Shown piece by piece: positions 1 through 10,883 of a DNA stretch of 64,000 nt (the stretch's first letter is position 1; the number at the start of each line of letters is the position of its first letter). Origin of the DNA: Candidatus Marinacidobacterium sp. Lineage in GTDB: Bacteria > Acidobacteriota > Vicinamibacteria > Marinacidobacterales > Marinacidobacteraceae. Where the stretch lies: assembly GCA_965204755.1 (NCBI GenBank), contig OZ242011.1:1376001-1440000 (forward strand), read 5' to 3'. The notes beneath the pieces are model-generated. The model searched no databases and was not told the origin of the DNA. It saw nothing but the letters and a program-made list of their open reading frames with translations. A program made the translations under genes and the position numbers.

Positions 1-143
1 CGGATCCCGAGGTGTTCCGCGATCGCCGCCGCGAGCGCCGGATTCGACCCTCCCCCGAACACCTGGAGCCGGCCCGAAAAGCCGTGCACCGGACTGCGGC
101 AGGCGGGATCTTCGGTGTCGCGGATCATCGGGCGACGCGACGA

Positions 144-165
144 CGCCGACGGAAATCCGTCGGCG
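144..165. terminator. GC-rich hairpin downstream of tRNA-Gln
   Basis: Perfect inverted repeat CGCCGACGG-AAAT-CCGTCGGCG just 3' of the tRNA; no clear U-tract. Confidence 0.45.
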
Positions 166-180
166 GAGGAATCGAGGAGG

Positions 181-252
181 CTGGGGCGGAAGGATTCGAA
201 CCCTCGTAGACCGGAACCAAAACCCGGCGCCTAGCCCCTCGGCCACGCCCCA
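181..252 (-). tRNA. tRNA-Gln (anticodon TTG)
   Basis: Reverse complement TGGGGCG..CGCCCCA-G acceptor stem, anticodon arm CCGGG-TTTTGGT-TCCGG, T-loop GGTTCGAATCC; followed by CCT so CCA not fully encoded; usual position downstream of ispE. Confidence 0.93.
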
Positions 253-336
253 AGAACCTGCAGCCCGAAACCGACCCGACCCGGGCGCCCGCGGGCGGAA
301 ACCGCGGGGGCGCCCGGCGGGAACGCCGTCCGGCGG

Positions 337-1365
337 TCACGAACGCCCCCGGTCGGAAGCCGCGCCCCGGAGGAGTTCGCCCCGGGAGACCGCGCGGGTG
401 GCGAGGGCCCGCCATTCCCGGCCGTCGAGCCGCCGAGCCGCCTCCTCCGCGGCCGCCGGATCGCCGAAGACGCCGTACACCGCCGAACCGCTCCCGGACA
501 TCGCCGAAACCAGCGCCCCGGAGGCCAGGAGCGCCCGGCGCATCTCGCCGATCTCCCGGCCCGGCGCCGCCGATTCGAACACCGCGGACTGTTCGAGATC
601 GTTCCGAAAGTCGTCCGGAGAAGAAGGAAACGAAGGCTCGCCGACGAAGCCGGGGAACCCGCGAAGGCCGGCGATTCTACCAACGGGCGCGGCCCGCCGG
701 CGCCCCGGATTCCGCTCGCGTCCCCGCCCGGAGGAGGCGGGATCGAGACCCCGGTACGCCTCGGCGGTGGAGATCCCGAAGCGGGGCAGGAGCAGCACCA
801 GCGCCGGCGGACGCGGCGCCGCGGCGGAGCCCCCCGTTTCCGCCAACGGGAACACCGCGTCGCCCCGCCCTCCGGCGAACGCGGCGCCCCCGTAGAGGAA
901 GAACGGGACATCCATGCCGATCGCGGCGGCCGTCCGGTGGAGTTCGGCGCGGGACCGGCCCAGCCGGAAGAGTCGGTTCAACCCGGTCAGGGCGGCGGCG
1001 GCGTCGGAACTGCCGCCGCCCAGCCCCCGGCCGGCCGGGATCCCTTTCCGCAGGAGGATCGAGACGCCGGGGAGCGGCCGGCCCGTCGCGGATTCCAGCC
1101 CCTCCGCCGCGCGCAGCACCAGGTTCTCGCGCCCGCCGGGAATCGGGTCGCCGCCCGCCTCGCCCACGCAGCGGAGCCGCAGGCCGGCGCCGCCGGGCTG
1201 GAACCGGAGTTCGTCCCACAACGCGATCGTGGCCAGCCGGGTGCGGATCCGGTGGTAGCCGTCAGCGCGTCTCCCCAGAACGCGCAGACCGAAGTTCACT
1301 TTCGCCGGCGCCCGAACCACGAGCGGCGGGCGGTCGGCCGCCGGGGAAACCGCCGGCCGGCTCAT
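337..1365 (-). CDS. ispE: 4-(cytidine 5'-diphospho)-2-C-methyl-D-erythritol kinase
   Basis: APAKVNFGLRV..DGYH, GHMP motif IPAGRGLGGGSSDAA, MSGSGSAVYG. Confidence 0.95.
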   Translation of the reverse strand: MSRPAVSPAADRPPLVVRAPAKVNFGLRVLGRRADGYHRIRTRLATIALWDELRFQPGGAGLRLRCVGEAGGDPIPGGRENLVLRAAEGLESATGRPLPGVSILLRKGIPAGRGLGGGSSDAAAALTGLNRLFRLGRSRAELHRTAAAIGMDVPFFLYGGAAFAGGRGDAVFPLAETGGSAAAPRPPALVLLLPRFGISTAEAYRGLDPASSGRGRERNPGRRRAAPVGRIAGLRGFPGFVGEPSFPSSPDDFRNDLEQSAVFESAAPGREIGEMRRALLASGALVSAMSGSGSAVYGVFGDPAAAEEAARRLDGREWRALATRAVSRGELLRGAASDRGRS

Positions 1366-2237
1366 CGGGCGCGGGGCTGCACGGCGTCGAGGAACGCAGG
1401 GACCGACAGGCGGCGGAGGCCGGCGGTGTCCGGCAGCCGGAAGGAGTCCGGGTGGAGGCGGGCGTTGATCCGCAGTTCCTCGACCCGGAGCGTCGCTTCC
1501 ACCCCCGGGGCCGCGATCCCGATCCGGCGCGGCGCCTGCCGATCGGAATCCGCCCGATCCGGGTACCGCACCTCGTAGCCGGGCGCGGCTGCCCGGACCA
1601 CCCGGGGAGGGGAGTCCGCCCCCTCCTCCGCCGGCCCGACCGGAACCGGCGCCCAGCGAAGCGACCCGCCGCCCCCGACGAGCCTCGCCCCGCCCTCCGC
1701 CGGGACTCCTTCGGCGCCGGGCGGGATGGGGATCCCGCTCCCGGAGAGCGCGGCGCCGACCTCTTCGAGTCCGACCGCGGCGCCGAACAGCGGCTCGGTG
1801 AACTCGCGAAGGGCCTTTCCCACGGTGAACACCCGCGCTCCCGGAGCCACCGCCTCGACCCGGCCGGGCCGGGCGACCAGACTCCAGCGCGCCCCGCCGA
1901 CCGGCCCGAACGCCGAGATCCGCATCGCCTCCACCGCGCCCCCGCCCGACGGGCGCCCCGGCGCCTCCGCCGGCGCGGAGTCCCCCTCCCGCCGCGCGAA
2001 CACCACCAGCAGCCGGCCCGAGGTCCGGCGGCCGTCCCGTTCGCCGCGAACGCCGAAGACCGCCTGGTACCGCCGCACCCCGGCAGCCGCCGCGCGAGTC
2101 CGGTCGAGCAACCGAGACGCCTCCGCCGCCGAGAGCGGGCGCGCTGGAGGCGGCGGGTCGGGCGGCCGCCGGACGCAGGAGGAGAGGGCGCCCGCGGCCA
2201 GCAGGCCGAGGAACCAGCCTCGCCGCCCGTGGAGCAA
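1362..2237 (-). CDS. Lipoprotein, LolB-like position (start approximate, TTG)
   Basis: Hydrophobic stretch and lipobox LSSC; lies between TPR gene and ispE; C-terminal LHPDSFRLP. Confidence 0.55.
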   Translation of the reverse strand: MLHGRRGWFLGLLAAGALSSCVRRPPDPPPPARPLSAAEASRLLDRTRAAAAGVRRYQAVFGVRGERDGRRTSGRLLVVFARREGDSAPAEAPGRPSGGGAVEAMRISAFGPVGGARWSLVARPGRVEAVAPGARVFTVGKALREFTEPLFGAAVGLEEVGAALSGSGIPIPPGAEGVPAEGGARLVGGGGSLRWAPVPVGPAEEGADSPPRVVRAAAPGYEVRYPDRADSDRQAPRRIGIAAPGVEATLRVEELRINARLHPDSFRLPDTAGLRRLSVPAFLDAVQPRAR

Positions 2238-2266
2238 GCGGAGCCGGAGATCGAAGAAGCGGCGGG

Positions 2267-4294
2267 CTATCGCCGTTCGTCGGCCGCTTCTTCGATCTTC
2301 CGCGACACGGCTTCGCGTTCGAGTTCGTCTTCCCCGTCGTGTTCCAGCGCCCGCCGCCAGAACCGCACCGCCTCGTCGGCGTTCCCCTTGGCCCGGTACA
2401 GGTCGCCGAGATGGTCGAGCACGACGCTGTTCTCCGGCATGCAGCGGGCGGCGGAGAGGAGGTTCGGCTCGGCCAGGTCGAGTCGGCCGCGGCGGAATTG
2501 CACCCAGCCGAGGCTGTCCCGGTAGGAGCCGTTGTGGGGATCCTCGTCCAGCGCCCGGCGGATCAGCGCCTCGGACTCCTCCAGCCGATGGTCGTCCTCG
2601 GTGAGCATGTATCCGAGGTAGTTCAGCGAGAGGGCGTGGTCGGGCGCCCGCTCCAGCACCCGCCGGAACTCCGCCTCCGCTTCCTCCCGGCGGCCCTGCC
2701 GCTCCAGGACCGCGCCGAGTTGGAACCGGAAGGCGGTGTCCTCCGGCCGCTCCGCCAGCCACTCCCGCGCCACCGCCTCCGCGGCGGCGTAGTCGCCCTG
2801 TTCCACCCGGTGGCGCAGGAGTTCGTGCGCCGGGCCGGGCTCCTCCGGGTTTTCGTCCGCCAGCCGGAGCAGGACGGCGAGCGCCTGCGCCGGCCGGCCG
2901 GACGCGGAGAGCACCCGGGCTTCGAGCGCCGCGAGCCCCGGCGTGTCTTCGTGGCGTTCCCGAACCTCGGCCAGCCTCGAAACCGCGCCGTCGGCGTCCC
3001 CGGCCGCGAGCATCCCGTGGATCTCCATGACCCGGAACCGCAGCGCGTCGCTTCGCCCTTCGGAGAGCGACCGCGCTTCGCCGAGCGCGTCGAGCGCCGC
3101 CCGGTGGTCGCCGAGTTCCTGGCGGGCATGGGCGTAACGCACCAGGAAGTCCCGCCGCCGGGCGCGCCCGTAGGAGTCCTCCGGCAGGTCGAGCAGCGAG
3201 CGGAATTCCCCGGCGGCGCTCTCGTACTCGCAGCGGGCCAAGTACACGCCGCCGAGCGCGTCCCGCGCCGGGAGATGACGGGCGTTCCGCTCGAGCACCC
3301 GGCCCAGGACCTCCTCCGCTTCCCGAAGCCGCTGCTGGCGCTGCCGCACCCGGGCGAGTCCCATCAGCGCGAGTTCGTCCTCCGGTTCCGCCTCGACCAC
3401 CCGCTCGAACGCCGCCCCCGCTTCGTCCAACCGGCCCACCCGGTAGAACGCCTCGGCGAGCGCCCGGCGCACCTCGGGGTCGTCCGGGTGTTCCGCCGCG
3501 GCCGATTCGTACAGGGCCGCCGCCTCCGCGAAGGCCTCTTCCCGTGAGCGGCCGGGGACGCCCTGGGGGTCGAGCAGCAGGCTGTCGAGCAGTTCGCGCG
3601 CGTCGGGCTGCCGGGGTTCGATGCGCAGCGACCGGAGCGCGTAGTCGAAGGCCTGCTCCCGGTCACCGTCGGCGAGCCGGAGCCGCGCCAGCAGGAAGAG
3701 TTCGTGGTACGGGTCGGGGGCCCGCCGGGTGAGTTCCCGGAAGTGCGCCGCCGCTTCCTCGCTCCGTCTCGCCGAAGCGAGCAGTCGGGCGAGCGCCGAG
3801 CGGCTCTCCAGATCGTCGGGGTCCAGCCGGACCGCCTCGCTGAAGGCCCCGATGGCGCGCTCCGCGGCTTCGGGATCGCCCGAGCGCAGTTGCCGGAAGT
3901 AGAGGCTTCCCAGGATCTGGTGCGGCGCGGCGGCGGCAGGGTCGCGCTCCGCCGCTTCCCGCGCAGTTCGCTCCGCCTCTTCCCCGTCGGAGGCGCCGTA
4001 GTGGAGGCTGGCCAGCGCCACCAGCGGCCCGACCGACCGCGGGTCGAGTTCGGCGGCGCGGCGGTAGGCGGCGGCCGCGGCCTCCGAATCACGCGCCCGT
4101 TCGGCCATCCGCCCTTCGGTGAAGAGGCGGTAGGCCTCGGCGACCGCGTCCACCGGAACGACCGGCGCAGCGGGTTCGGCGGCGGCCTCGTCGGCAGCGG
4201 GAGGGGCCGGGTTCCGGGGCTGTCCGGCAGCCGCCGCCGAGCCCGGCAGGAGCGCCGTCGAAACGCCCAGGAGCAGACGGAAAACGCCGGACAT
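2267..4294 (-). CDS. Exported tetratricopeptide-repeat protein
   Basis: Signal peptide MSGVFRLLL.., many TPR units, C-terminal SLNYLGYML..YRDSLGWVQF..LDHLGDLY. Confidence 0.9.
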   Translation of the reverse strand: MSGVFRLLLGVSTALLPGSAAAAGQPRNPAPPAADEAAAEPAAPVVPVDAVAEAYRLFTEGRMAERARDSEAAAAAYRRAAELDPRSVGPLVALASLHYGASDGEEAERTAREAAERDPAAAAPHQILGSLYFRQLRSGDPEAAERAIGAFSEAVRLDPDDLESRSALARLLASARRSEEAAAHFRELTRRAPDPYHELFLLARLRLADGDREQAFDYALRSLRIEPRQPDARELLDSLLLDPQGVPGRSREEAFAEAAALYESAAAEHPDDPEVRRALAEAFYRVGRLDEAGAAFERVVEAEPEDELALMGLARVRQRQQRLREAEEVLGRVLERNARHLPARDALGGVYLARCEYESAAGEFRSLLDLPEDSYGRARRRDFLVRYAHARQELGDHRAALDALGEARSLSEGRSDALRFRVMEIHGMLAAGDADGAVSRLAEVRERHEDTPGLAALEARVLSASGRPAQALAVLLRLADENPEEPGPAHELLRHRVEQGDYAAAEAVAREWLAERPEDTAFRFQLGAVLERQGRREEAEAEFRRVLERAPDHALSLNYLGYMLTEDDHRLEESEALIRRALDEDPHNGSYRDSLGWVQFRRGRLDLAEPNLLSAARCMPENSVVLDHLGDLYRAKGNADEAVRFWRRALEHDGEDELEREAVSRKIEEAADERR

Positions 4295-4404
4295 GAACCG
4301 AAAATTATAGAAGTCGGGAGGCCCGCGCCGAGGCCCGGCCGCCGACCGGAAACGGGCGCTCGGCGGCCGATCGGCGGCGGCCGGGGCGCTCGATCCGCGG
4401 GCCC

Positions 4405-6039
4405 TCAATGGCGGAAGTGCCGGCGACCGGTGAAGACCATCGCCAGCCCGCGCTCGTCGGCGGCGGCGACCACTTCGTCGTCGCGCTTCGACCCTCCCGG
4501 CTGGATGACGGCGCCCACGCCGGCGTCCGCCAACGCCAGCAGGCCGTCCGGGAAGGGGAAGAAAGCGTCGGACGCGGCGGCGGCGCCGGCGAGTTCTTCG
4601 CGGGACTTCTCCACCGCGAGCCGGCAGGAGTCCAGCCGGCTCATCTGCCCGGCGCCCACGCCGAGCAATCGGCGGCGGCGCGCCACCACGATCGCGTTCG
4701 AGCGCACCTGCCGCGCCACCCGCCAGGCGAACCGCAGGCCTTCGGTCTCCTCCCGATCCGGCGCGCGCCGCGTCACCACCCGGTGTCCCTCGCCCTCCCC
4801 TTCCCCGGGAACCGGGCCGTCCCAGTCCTGGGCGAGCAGCCCGCCCGCCACCCGGGCGAGGTAGCGCCCTCTGGGACGGAAGCCGACGGCGTCGGCGCAG
4901 GCGATCAGCCGCAGGTTCTTCTTGCGGCGGAGCCGCGCGAACGCCTCCGGGGCGAAGTTCGGCGCCACCACCGCCTCCAGGAAAGTCGAGGCCAGTTCCT
5001 CGGCGGTCTCGAGGTCCACCGGGCGGCTGAGCCCCACGATGCCGCCGAAGGCGGAGACCGGGTCCGTGGCCCGCGCCGCCGCGTAGGCCTCGGCGAGGGT
5101 TCGTTCCACCGCGGCCCCGGCCGGGTTCGAGTGCTTGACGACGACCGCCGCCGCCCGGTCCGGATGCGCCTCGGCGAGGTCGGCGGTGAGCCGGAGCGCG
5201 GCGTCCAGGTCGAGGATGTTGTTGTAGGAGAGTTCCTTCCCGTGGAGTTGGCGGGCGCCGGGGATCCCCTCCGCCTCCCCGCCCGGGTCCCGGTAGAGCG
5301 CCGCCGACTGGTGGGGGTTCTCGCCGTAGCGGAGGGCGGAAACCCGGTCGAAGGTCAGCGACAAACGCTCCGGGAACCCGGAATCCCCTTCGGCCGCCGC
5401 CTCGCCGCCGGCGTCATCCGCGGCGAACGCGTCGGCGATCGCCGCCTCGTACGCCGCCGTCGCCCGGAAGGCCTTCGCCGCCAGGCGCCGGCGCTCGGCC
5501 TCGGCGGCCTCCGAGTCCGGCGCGTCGAGCGTCCGAAGCGCCGCCGGGTAGTCCGCCGGGTCCACCACCACGGCCACATCCGGCCAGTTCTTGGCCGCCG
5601 CGCGAACCAGGCAGGGGCCGCCGATGTCGATGTTCTCCCGCACTTCGCCGTCGCCCGCGCCGCGCGCGACGGTTTCCTCGAACGGGTAGAAGTTCACCGC
5701 CACCACCTCCACCGGCCGGATACCCAAGCGGCCCAGCGACTCCAGATCGGCGGCGCGGTTCCGCCGCGCCAGGATGCCGCCGTGGATGGCCGGGTGGAGG
5801 GTCTTGACCCGCCCGCCCAGGATCTCCGGACTCCCGGTGACCTCCGCGACCTCCCGGACCTCGACCCCGGCGCCCGACAGGAAGCGGGCGGTTCCGCCGC
5901 TGGCGACGATCTCGAACCCGCGGTCGCGGAGGCCCCGGCCGAACTCGGCGAGCCCCTCCTTCCGGCTGACGCTCAACACCGCCCGCCGGGGAGCGGAAGC
6001 GGGGCCGGCTTCGGGCTCCGAGGGTTCCGGCGCGGGCAT
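4405..6039 (-). CDS. purH: Bifunctional AICAR formyltransferase/IMP cyclohydrolase
   Basis: [45 protein letters not shown]. Confidence 0.97.
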   Translation of the reverse strand: MPAPEPSEPEAGPASAPRRAVLSVSRKEGLAEFGRGLRDRGFEIVASGGTARFLSGAGVEVREVAEVTGSPEILGGRVKTLHPAIHGGILARRNRAADLESLGRLGIRPVEVVAVNFYPFEETVARGAGDGEVRENIDIGGPCLVRAAAKNWPDVAVVVDPADYPAALRTLDAPDSEAAEAERRRLAAKAFRATAAYEAAIADAFAADDAGGEAAAEGDSGFPERLSLTFDRVSALRYGENPHQSAALYRDPGGEAEGIPGARQLHGKELSYNNILDLDAALRLTADLAEAHPDRAAAVVVKHSNPAGAAVERTLAEAYAAARATDPVSAFGGIVGLSRPVDLETAEELASTFLEAVVAPNFAPEAFARLRRKKNLRLIACADAVGFRPRGRYLARVAGGLLAQDWDGPVPGEGEGEGHRVVTRRAPDREETEGLRFAWRVARQVRSNAIVVARRRRLLGVGAGQMSRLDSCRLAVEKSREELAGAAAASDAFFPFPDGLLALADAGVGAVIQPGGSKRDDEVVAAADERGLAMVFTGRRHFRH

Positions 6040-6106
6040 CGCGAAGCGCGGGATGGTACCCGCCGAAACCGGTTCCGGGCGCCGCCGATCGAAGGGCGCC
6101 GGCGGG

Positions 6107-7558
6107 TCAGCCGACGACCGCCTGCACCGCTTCCCGCAGTTCCTCGGACTCGCCGTCCAGCACCGTCCGGAGGTCGAGGAGCACGCGCTCCTCGTGGATG
6201 CGGCCGACCACCGGGGGCGAGCCGGCGAGCAGGGCGGAACGGACTCGGTCCGGCCCCCGGTCCCGGTGCGAGATTTCGAGGCACCGGGTGGGTTGGCGGG
6301 CGCCCGGCGCCGCGCCGCCGCCGACCGTGGACTCGGACTCCACCACGCGGATCGTCCATCCCGGACCGGGGTCGAGACCGGCGAGCAACTCCTCGGCCGC
6401 CCGGGCGATCGCCGCCACCGGCCGGGCGAGCGCCCGGACCACCGGAATCTCTTCGGCCGCCCGCCCGGCGGCGTGGCTCAGCAGCGTCGCCCGGAGCGCC
6501 GCGATCCGGGTCTTGTCGCAGCGCACCGCCCGCGCCAGCGGATTCCGCCGGCAGGCCTCCACCGCCCACCCGGCGCCCAACAGGATTCCCGCCTGCGGCC
6601 CGCCGAGCAGTTTGTCCCCGGAGAAGACCAGCAGGTCGGCCCCGCCGGCGAGCCGCTGTCCGACCGTCGGCTCTTCGTCTCCGCCGGCGACGCCGAACGC
6701 GCCCAGCGGCGACAGGTTGCCGGCGCCGTAGTCCTCGAGGAACGCCACGCGGAACTCGGCGGCCAGCGCCGCCAGCGCCTTCGATTCGACGGACTCGGTG
6801 AACCCGGTCATGCGGAAGTTGGACGGGTGGACCCGGAGCACGGCGCCGACCCGGTCTTTCTCGGCGGCCAGCGCCCGCCGGTAGTCCTCGAGGCGGGTGC
6901 GGTTCGTCGTCCCCACTTCCCGCAGCCGGGCGCCGCTCTTCTCGAGGATCTCCGGGATCCGGAACGAATCCCCGATCTCGATCAACTCGCCGCGGGACAC
7001 GACCACCCGCTTCCCCGCGGCGATCGAGTCCAGCGCGAGCAGCACGGCGGCGGCGGCGTTGTTCACCACCAGCGACTCCCGCCCCGGGAACAACTGCGCG
7101 AGGAGTCCCGTCACCCGGCTCTGCCGGCTGCCGCGGCGGCCGGTGTCCCGGTCGAACTCCAGGTCGGAGTAGCCGCTCGCCACCTCGAACATCCGGGCGG
7201 CGGCGGCCGGGGACAGCGGCGCCCGCCCCAGGTTCGTGTGGACGACCACGCCGGTGGCGTTGATGACCCGTCGCAGGTCCGGCCCGGCGGCGCGCTCGAG
7301 CCGGCGCGCGACCGCCTGCGCCAGCCACCCCTCCGGATCGCGCTCCCAGCCGGCGGGAACCGCTCCGGCGAGGATGGCGCGCCGGATCGCGGCGGTCTCG
7401 GCGCGGAGCGCGTCCCGCGCGGCCTCCCGCCCCGACGCCGCGGCCAGCGCGCGGAAGGGCTCGGTCTCGAGCAGCCTCCCCACCGCGGGGACGGCGCGGA
7501 GGGCGCCCACTGCCGACGCGGCGGCGGGAGTGGCGGGGGCGGCGGGGGCAGACGGCAT
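6107..7558 (-). CDS. selA: L-seryl-tRNA(Sec) selenium transferase
   Basis: VINATGVVVHTNLGRAPL, VSRGELIEIG, EVGTTNRT, PLP lysine FSGDKLLGGPQAG. Confidence 0.95.
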   Translation of the reverse strand: MPSAPAAPATPAAASAVGALRAVPAVGRLLETEPFRALAAASGREAARDALRAETAAIRRAILAGAVPAGWERDPEGWLAQAVARRLERAAGPDLRRVINATGVVVHTNLGRAPLSPAAAARMFEVASGYSDLEFDRDTGRRGSRQSRVTGLLAQLFPGRESLVVNNAAAAVLLALDSIAAGKRVVVSRGELIEIGDSFRIPEILEKSGARLREVGTTNRTRLEDYRRALAAEKDRVGAVLRVHPSNFRMTGFTESVESKALAALAAEFRVAFLEDYGAGNLSPLGAFGVAGGDEEPTVGQRLAGGADLLVFSGDKLLGGPQAGILLGAGWAVEACRRNPLARAVRCDKTRIAALRATLLSHAAGRAAEEIPVVRALARPVAAIARAAEELLAGLDPGPGWTIRVVESESTVGGGAAPGARQPTRCLEISHRDRGPDRVRSALLAGSPPVVGRIHEERVLLDLRTVLDGESEELREAVQAVVG

Positions 7559-7751
7559 CAGGGAATCGAGTCGGGATCGTCGCCGGGGATCCGCGCTCCG
7601 ATCGGTCCGCGTTCGCGTCCACCCCCCGCCGGTCGAAGCGGGGCCGACCGGCGGCCGCGGAACCGGCGGACGAACCCCCCGGCGGCGCCGGAGAATAGCC
7701 AACGACGGCCGAGCGGAAACCCGGTTTCCACCCGTTACGCTTTCCCGTTCG

Positions 7752-8015
7752 ATGCGACGGGAAGGAGCCGCCCGAGTTGGCCCCGGTGGCGGCCGGCGAA
7801 GCGCGGCCGACCCGGCGCCGGTCATCCGCGTGAACGGGCGGGAACGGCCGCTTCCGTCGCCGCCCTCCGTCGCCGGGGCGCTCGCCGCCCTCGGACTCCG
7901 CGGCCCGGTCGCGGTGGAAGTGAACGGCGCGCTGGTGCGCCGCGCCGAGCACGCCCGGACGGAGATCGCACCGGGCGACCGGCTCGAAGTAGTCACCTTC
8001 GTAGGCGGAGGCTGA
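7752..8015 (+). CDS. thiS: Sulfur carrier protein ThiS (start approximate)
   Basis: IRVNG..VAVEVNG..GDRLEVVTFVGGG C-terminus, directly upstream of thiG. Confidence 0.88.
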   Translation: MRREGAARVGPGGGRRSAADPAPVIRVNGRERPLPSPPSVAGALAALGLRGPVAVEVNGALVRRAEHARTEIAPGDRLEVVTFVGGG

Positions 8016-8021
8016 CCGCCG

Positions 8022-8825
8022 ATGTCCGCTCCCGCGGGGACGCCCCCCCCGCGCGCCGACCGCCCGCTGACGCTGGCCGGGCGGACCTTCGGTTCGCGGC
8101 TCGTCCTCGGCACCGGGAAGTACCGATCCTTCGAGGAGATGCGCGACTGCCACGCCGCTTCCGGCTGCGAGATGGTCACCGTGGCGGTCCGGCGGGTGGA
8201 CCTCGAAGCGAAGGAGTCGCTGCTCGACTTCATCCCCCGCGACCGGCTCACCCTGCTCCCGAACACCGCCGACTGTTTCACCGCGAAGGAAGCCGTGCGG
8301 ACGGCCCGACTGGCGCGCGAGGCCGGGCTCTCGGAGTGGATCAAACTCGAAGTGATCGGCGACCGGAAGACCCTGTACCCGGACACCGCCGAGTTGCTCC
8401 GGGCGACCCGGGAACTGGTCGCCGACGGGTTCGTGGTGCTCCCCTACACCAGCGACGATGTGGTGGTGGCGAAGCGGCTCGAAGACGCCGGGGCGGCGGC
8501 GGTGATGCCGCTCGGCGCGCCCATCGGCTCCGGGCTGGGAATCCAGAACCGGAACAACCTCTCGCTCCTCCGGGAGGCCGTGGAGGTCCCGGTCATCGTG
8601 GACGCCGGGGTGGGGACCGCCTCCGACGCGACGGTGGCGATGGAACTGGGCGCGGACGGCGTGCTGATGAACACCGCGGTCGCCGCCGCCGACGACCCGG
8701 CGCGCATGGCGCGGGCGATGCGCCTCGCGGTCGAAGCGGGCCGCCTGGCGTTCCTCGCCGGCCGGATGCCGCGCCGCCGCTACGCCACCGCCTCTTCGCC
8801 GCCGGCGGACGCCCCGCTCGCCTGA
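8022..8825 (+). CDS. thiG: Thiazole synthase
   Basis: [45 protein letters not shown]. Confidence 0.97.
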   Translation: MSAPAGTPPPRADRPLTLAGRTFGSRLVLGTGKYRSFEEMRDCHAASGCEMVTVAVRRVDLEAKESLLDFIPRDRLTLLPNTADCFTAKEAVRTARLAREAGLSEWIKLEVIGDRKTLYPDTAELLRATRELVADGFVVLPYTSDDVVVAKRLEDAGAAAVMPLGAPIGSGLGIQNRNNLSLLREAVEVPVIVDAGVGTASDATVAMELGADGVLMNTAVAAADDPARMARAMRLAVEAGRLAFLAGRMPRRRYATASSPPADAPLA

Positions 8826-8833
8826 GCCGGGAG

Positions 8834-9694
8834 ATGCCGGGCGCCGGTTCGACGACCGGTTCTCCCCGCGCCGCCGCCGGGAGGAAGACGGCAGCGCGGG
8901 GAGCGGGCCGGGCGGGCGGCAAGACCACGAAGAAGGCCGCGCGGAAGAAGAAGACCCTGCGCCGCGCGGCCGCCCCGGCGGCGAAGCCGGCCGACAACGC
9001 GGAGGAGGCGGCGCTCCGGCGGCGCGCCGGGCGCATCACCCGGCAGTTGGCGAAGGACTACCCGGGGGCGGAGTGCGCCCTCACGCACGAGTCCGCGCTC
9101 CAACTCCTGATCGCCACGATCCTCTCCGCCCAGTGCACCGACCGGCGGGTGAACCAGGTCACCCCGGGCCTGTTCGCCCGCTACCCGGACGCCGCCGCCC
9201 TCGCCGAGTCGGACCCGGACGAGTTGGAGACCCTGATCCATTCCACCGGCTTCTTCCGCAACAAGGCGAGATCCATCCGGGGGGCCTGCCGCCGGATCAC
9301 CGAGGAGCACCGCGGCGAAGTGCCGGACACCATGGAGTCGCTCCTCGCCCTGCCCGGCGTCGCCCGGAAAACCGCGAATGTGGTGCTCGGCACTTGGTTC
9401 CGCAAGGCGGAGGGCGTGGTCGTGGACACCCATGTGTTCCGCATCTCCCACCGCCTCGGCCTCACCGCCGGGCAGAACCCGGCGCAAACGGAGCGGCGGC
9501 TCATGGAACTCCTGCCCCGCCCCGAGTGGATCGACTACAGCCACCGGGTCATCCACCACGGCCGCGCCGTCTGCCTCGCCCGCAAACCGAAGTGCCGCGA
9601 GTGCTCGCTGGAGGCGATGTGCCCGCGGCTCGGCGTCCCGGACCCCGACGCCGCCGCGCCCCCGAAACCCCGGACGCCCCGGAAACCGACATGA
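8834..9694 (+). CDS. nth: Endonuclease III with basic N-terminal extension
   Basis: LIATILSAQCTD, HhH LPGVARKTANV, VDTHVFR, Fe-S motif CLARKPKCRECSLEAMC. Confidence 0.95.
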   Translation: MPGAGSTTGSPRAAAGRKTAARGAGRAGGKTTKKAARKKKTLRRAAAPAAKPADNAEEAALRRRAGRITRQLAKDYPGAECALTHESALQLLIATILSAQCTDRRVNQVTPGLFARYPDAAALAESDPDELETLIHSTGFFRNKARSIRGACRRITEEHRGEVPDTMESLLALPGVARKTANVVLGTWFRKAEGVVVDTHVFRISHRLGLTAGQNPAQTERRLMELLPRPEWIDYSHRVIHHGRAVCLARKPKCRECSLEAMCPRLGVPDPDAAAPPKPRTPRKPT

Positions 9695-10731
9695 AACTGG
9701 GACTGGAACTCGGGTTCCTCACCACGGGACAGGAGCCGCCGGTGGCGCTCGCGGAGCGGGCGGAGGCGGTCGGGTTCGACTCGGTGTGGGTTTCGGAGGC
9801 GTGGGGTTCGGACGCGGTGAGCGTGCTCGGGTATCTCGGCGCGCGGACGAAGCGGGTGGGGCTGGGGGCCGCGATCCTCCCCATCGGCTCGCGGACGCCG
9901 GCGCTGCTCGCGCAGACCGCCGCCACGCTCGACCTGCTCACCGGCGGGCGGTTCCTCCTCGGCCTCGGCGTCTCCGGGCCGCAGGTGATGGAGGGGTGGC
10001 ACGGCGCGCCCTTCGCCGACCCGGTGGGGCGCACCCGGGAAGCGGTCGAAATCGTCCGGCGCGTCCTCCGCCGCGAGGCGCCGCTGGAATTCACCGGCGA
10101 GCACCACCGGCTGCCGCTGCCCGGCGGAACCGGGCTGGGGAAGCCGCTGAAACTCATGATGGCCCCGCGCCGGGCCGACACCCCGATCCTGCTCGCCACG
10201 ATCGGCCCGAAGAACACGGAACTCGCCGCCGAAATCGCCGACGGCTGGCTGCCCATCCTCTATTCCCCGGAGCGGGCGGGCGAGGTCTTCGGCCCCGCGC
10301 TCGCCGCCGGCGCGGCGAAGCGGCGCCTACCGCACCGGCTCGAAGCCGCGCCGATGCTCGACTGCGCCCTCGGCGAGGACCTGCCCCGGCTGCGCGACCG
10401 CCTGCGGCCGGGGATCGCGCTCTATGTCGGCGGGATGGGCGCCCGGAACCGCAACTTCTACAACGACCTGGCCCGGCGCTACGGCTACGGCGCCGAGGCG
10501 GCCGGGATCCGGGCCCTCTATCTCGACGGCCGCCGGCGCGAAGCGGCGGCCGCGGTCCCCGACGCCCTGGTGGACGAGGTCTGCCTGGTGGGCCCGCCCT
10601 CCCGGATCGCCGAACGGATCGCCGCCTACCGGGAGGCGGGCGCGACCACGCTCATCGTTTCCCCTCCGGTCAACGAATCCGGCGAGACGGCGGAAGACGG
10701 CCTCGAAGTCCTCCGCCGCGCCTGCGGCTGA
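9691..10731 (+). CDS. Luciferase-like (LLM) class oxidoreductase, probably F420-dependent
   Basis: WVSEAWGSDA, RTPALLAQTAATLD, LGLGVSGPQVMEGWHG, IADGWLP. Confidence 0.88.
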   Translation: MKLGLELGFLTTGQEPPVALAERAEAVGFDSVWVSEAWGSDAVSVLGYLGARTKRVGLGAAILPIGSRTPALLAQTAATLDLLTGGRFLLGLGVSGPQVMEGWHGAPFADPVGRTREAVEIVRRVLRREAPLEFTGEHHRLPLPGGTGLGKPLKLMMAPRRADTPILLATIGPKNTELAAEIADGWLPILYSPERAGEVFGPALAAGAAKRRLPHRLEAAPMLDCALGEDLPRLRDRLRPGIALYVGGMGARNRNFYNDLARRYGYGAEAAGIRALYLDGRRREAAAAVPDALVDEVCLVGPPSRIAERIAAYREAGATTLIVSPPVNESGETAEDGLEVLRRACG

Positions 10732-10883
10732 CTTTCCGCCCCGGCATCGGTCCTCCGCGCCGCCGTCCCCGGAGGCAGCCCAAGCCGTACAAGCACTCGG
10801 CGGGCAGAGGCGCCTAACGCGCGAACAGCGTCACCTGCTCGACGCCAGCCAACTCGAGCCGGTCGTGGCGGACCGGAGGGAGA

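Noticed and set aside
4408-6801. Long antisense or alternative-frame ORFs (also 28670-32134, 36848-39565, 14102-16441)
   Set aside because: Shadow ORFs expected at high GC; they overlap well-supported genes and lack motifs.
7559-7751. TPP riboswitch or tRNA-Sec between selA and thiS
   Set aside because: No CUGAGA or CCUGA core and no cloverleaf with a TCA anticodon recognised.
5774-9694. 1306-aa ORF suggesting a giant endonuclease III fusion
   Set aside because: Only 8834-9694 is Nth; the rest overlaps selA antisense and thiS/thiG in other frames.
10812-10883. Possible integron attC site (GTTAGGC on the minus strand after the PIN toxin)
   Set aside because: No matching RYYYAAC box or long imperfect palindrome, and no integrase in the window.
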